This document shows positions 62,328-64,000 of a stretch of 64,000 nucleotides of DNA, piece by piece. The DNA is from a virus. The notes below the pieces were generated by a model. That model searched no databases. It had not been told where the DNA came from and saw only the letters and a program-made list of their open reading frames with translations. Made by a program: the position numbers and the translations under genes. The stretch is from IMG/VR virus record IMGVR_UViG_3300042340_000194, positions 1-64,000 of that record. The stretch is one strand, 5' to 3'. Positions within the stretch are counted from its first letter, which is position 1, and each line of letters starts with the position of its first letter.

Positions 62328-62707
62328 GGGGATGAACGAGTGTCGGTCATAGTCCAGCAGAAGCCGTCCCAGTAATGCCAAGTGATTAGCTCAGCATCGC
62401 GGAGGAAGGCTTTTACTTGACTAAAGGTCCTGAAGTGTAGACACATCTCACTACGACAGTAGTGGTAAGATGGCCCTTCGGTAGAGGATTCTATATCCTC
62501 TCCCTTACTGTTATATCGACCTGTTAGTCTTTTGATTTTGTCGTTGATGCCTGACATGCCTCCAGGCGATACCAACATGGCGGCTAAGGGGCCGCTATTG
62601 TAGGATTCGACTAGGGTTTTTTGGAGAGATTCGCCGTAAGACCCGTGGCAGCGGGACACGAGGAATAGCTCGTCAGCTACTTTAGCGACGAGGTAAGAGC
62701 GGTTCAT
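62324..62707 (-). CDS. Hypothetical protein
   Basis: CHGSY...L...YNS...Y.WDG..W. Confidence 0.55.
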   Translation of the reverse strand: MNRSYLVAKVADELFLVSRCHGSYGESLQKTLVESYNSGPLAAMLVSPGGMSGINDKIKRLTGRYNSKGEDIESSTEGPSYHYCRSEMCLHFRTFSQVKAFLRDAELITWHYWDGFCWTMTDTRSSP

Positions 62708-62730
62708 GGGAAGATTGTGGGTAGAGGGAT

Positions 62731-63036
62731 TTAACGTTTACCAAGTCGTATACATCGCTCCTCCCAACTAACAATATCTCCAGATGGCACCATGCGGTGA
62801 GTGCCGTCACCTAACGGATCCGCCCCGTAGTCGGGATCACCCGGTTCCCAGGGTAGGATTGACTTTGGCGGTTCGTAGTGTATCCCGGCTGATTCGTACA
62901 TCAGACGCTTTTGGCCTTCACCAGTGGTGTAGTCATAGCCGTAGTTGGGTTTAGGCATGAATATGGCGGCAGGAAGGGCCCCGCGTATATACTCCCCGGT
63001 CCATACCGAGGTTTGGTCGGTTTTGGATTTAGACAT
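62731..63036 (-). CDS. Hypothetical protein
   Basis: DYGADPLGDGTHRMVPSGDIV. Confidence 0.55.
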   Translation of the reverse strand: MSKSKTDQTSVWTGEYIRGALPAAIFMPKPNYGYDYTTGEGQKRLMYESAGIHYEPPKSILPWEPGDPDYGADPLGDGTHRMVPSGDIVSWEERCIRLGKR

Positions 63037-63039
63037 GGT

Positions 63040-63243
63040 TTAAGCCTCTGGGTTTGGAGTAAGTCCTAGAACCTTAATAATGGCCCCAGTGGTGTGGTAA
63101 GGATAGCGGACACAGGTGTGGCCGCAGAACTGCCAAGACGAGAAAGTCTGTGAGAACCAGAGATCTGCTGGGTTGATTCCTACAGAGGTAAGCTGTTCCG
63201 CAGTTACGGGAGGAATTGAAGGGTTGCTGAAGTGTGTTTTCAT
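63040..63243 (-). CDS. Small hypothetical protein
   Basis: Likely start MKTHF, ATGA-coupled. Confidence 0.5.
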   Translation of the reverse strand: MKTHFSNPSIPPVTAEQLTSVGINPADLWFSQTFSSWQFCGHTCVRYPYHTTGAIIKVLGLTPNPEA

Positions 63244-63884
63244 GAAAAAGGTTCCTCTTTCAGCCAACAGTCGTATCTACTAAAGTCCACACACAAGTAA
63301 GCGGTCTGCCCTTCATCAGCGCAGTTAAGAAACTCATCAGCTACTGAAGCTATTTTGTCAAACAGGCGTGTAGAGATTGTGTAATTGTCCAATTTTTTGA
63401 ATCTTCTTATATAAGCCTGGTAGCCTTTACACACCCAAGCCACAGATGAGCCTATGTCGATCGTTATGGTTCCTTCAACTTCATGTTCAGCTTGTTTTAT
63501 TCCCTGTTCTATACCTTTTCGCATTAGCTCAACAATCTTCTTATCTTGTATGTAGCTATTACACGGCAAGCTACAGAAAGCGTTTCCATTGTAGTAACAA
63601 CTTTCAGCCATACGGGATACGTCCATCGCAATATCATCTAGATCCAGCATTCTATACCCCCCAGGACTACTCCAACCACACTCTAGCCTTCCAGCTACAA
63701 TCCCTCCTATAGCCATTAGCTCATCAACTACTGGATTAGGGTGAGGAGTCACGGGGTGTTCAAGTATGTCATGGGCTATACCTAATCCCCGCAAGGGGTC
63801 GAAGTAGGGTCTACCTACGTCTACGACGAGCCCAAGCCCACCATACTCTTCGTGCTCTTTGACTGTGATCTTGTAGGTTTTCAT
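63240..63884 (-). CDS. Hypothetical protein with HDxxEH...DE (metal-binding/peptidase-like) motif
   Basis: GIAHDILEH...DELMAIGG; likely start MKTYK. Confidence 0.55.
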   Translation of the reverse strand: MKTYKITVKEHEEYGGLGLVVDVGRPYFDPLRGLGIAHDILEHPVTPHPNPVVDELMAIGGIVAGRLECGWSSPGGYRMLDLDDIAMDVSRMAESCYYNGNAFCSLPCNSYIQDKKIVELMRKGIEQGIKQAEHEVEGTITIDIGSSVAWVCKGYQAYIRRFKKLDNYTISTRLFDKIASVADEFLNCADEGQTAYLCVDFSRYDCWLKEEPFS

Positions 63885-64000
63885 GAGAAAAGGGTTACCT
63901 CTGCAAGATGAGAGAATCTTCCCCAAATCGAGTGCATGTGCTCATCTGAGATTAGACGAGAGTGGAGCATTCGACCTGTTTGGTCGGAAGCTTCTACTTT

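Noticed and set aside
1-64000. Genome-wide TAG stop-codon reassignment
   Set aside because: All long conserved genes are intact in code 11, and TAG ends several genes at natural positions (polA, fibre, kinases); only one internal TAG was noticed
1-64000. tRNA/rRNA genes, integrase, att sites, IS elements, HIP1 (GCGATCGC) enrichment
   Set aside because: None recognised by eye; lifestyle (temperate versus lytic) cannot be decided from this window

Overview
64 kb of a tailed dsDNA phage with a siphovirus-type, non-contractile tail. The host is most likely a cyanobacterium, judging by a cyAbrB-like regulator and cyanobacterial-type ThyX and Dcd. Layout: (1) 1-3.7 kb, + strand: family A DNA polymerase, cyAbrB-like regulator and a catalytically degenerate M15-like protein. 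(2) 3.7-41.6 kb, - strand morphogenesis operon: TerS, TerL, DUF1073 portal, accessory block, DUF2213 protease/scaffold, decoration protein, DUF2184 capsid, adaptor-fibre fusion, neck, tail tube, frameshifted chaperone, tape measure and tail tip. (3) 41.7-64 kb: about 50 small - strand early/accessory genes (MazG, ThyX, Acb2/Tad1-like, DUF932 and others). Most notable: (a) between portal and protease, where a MuF gene normally sits, a family of modules shares an RxD-KKCGxSGIxxxKxC leader plus a hydrophobic helix, with swapped C-terminal domains (two Ser/Thr-type kinases, an alpha/beta hydrolase, a basic domain); these may be head-packaged effectors. (b) A + strand island in that block carries a small gene with a synonymously diverged copy of a 35-aa capsid segment, fused to an Arg-rich motif shared with a neighbouring gene. 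(c) The octamer CTCGGGGG is strongly over-represented and strand-biased (about 40 copies counted by eye). (d) A 20-bp tandem array lies between terL and portal. All family assignments come from motif recognition by eye; no searches were run.
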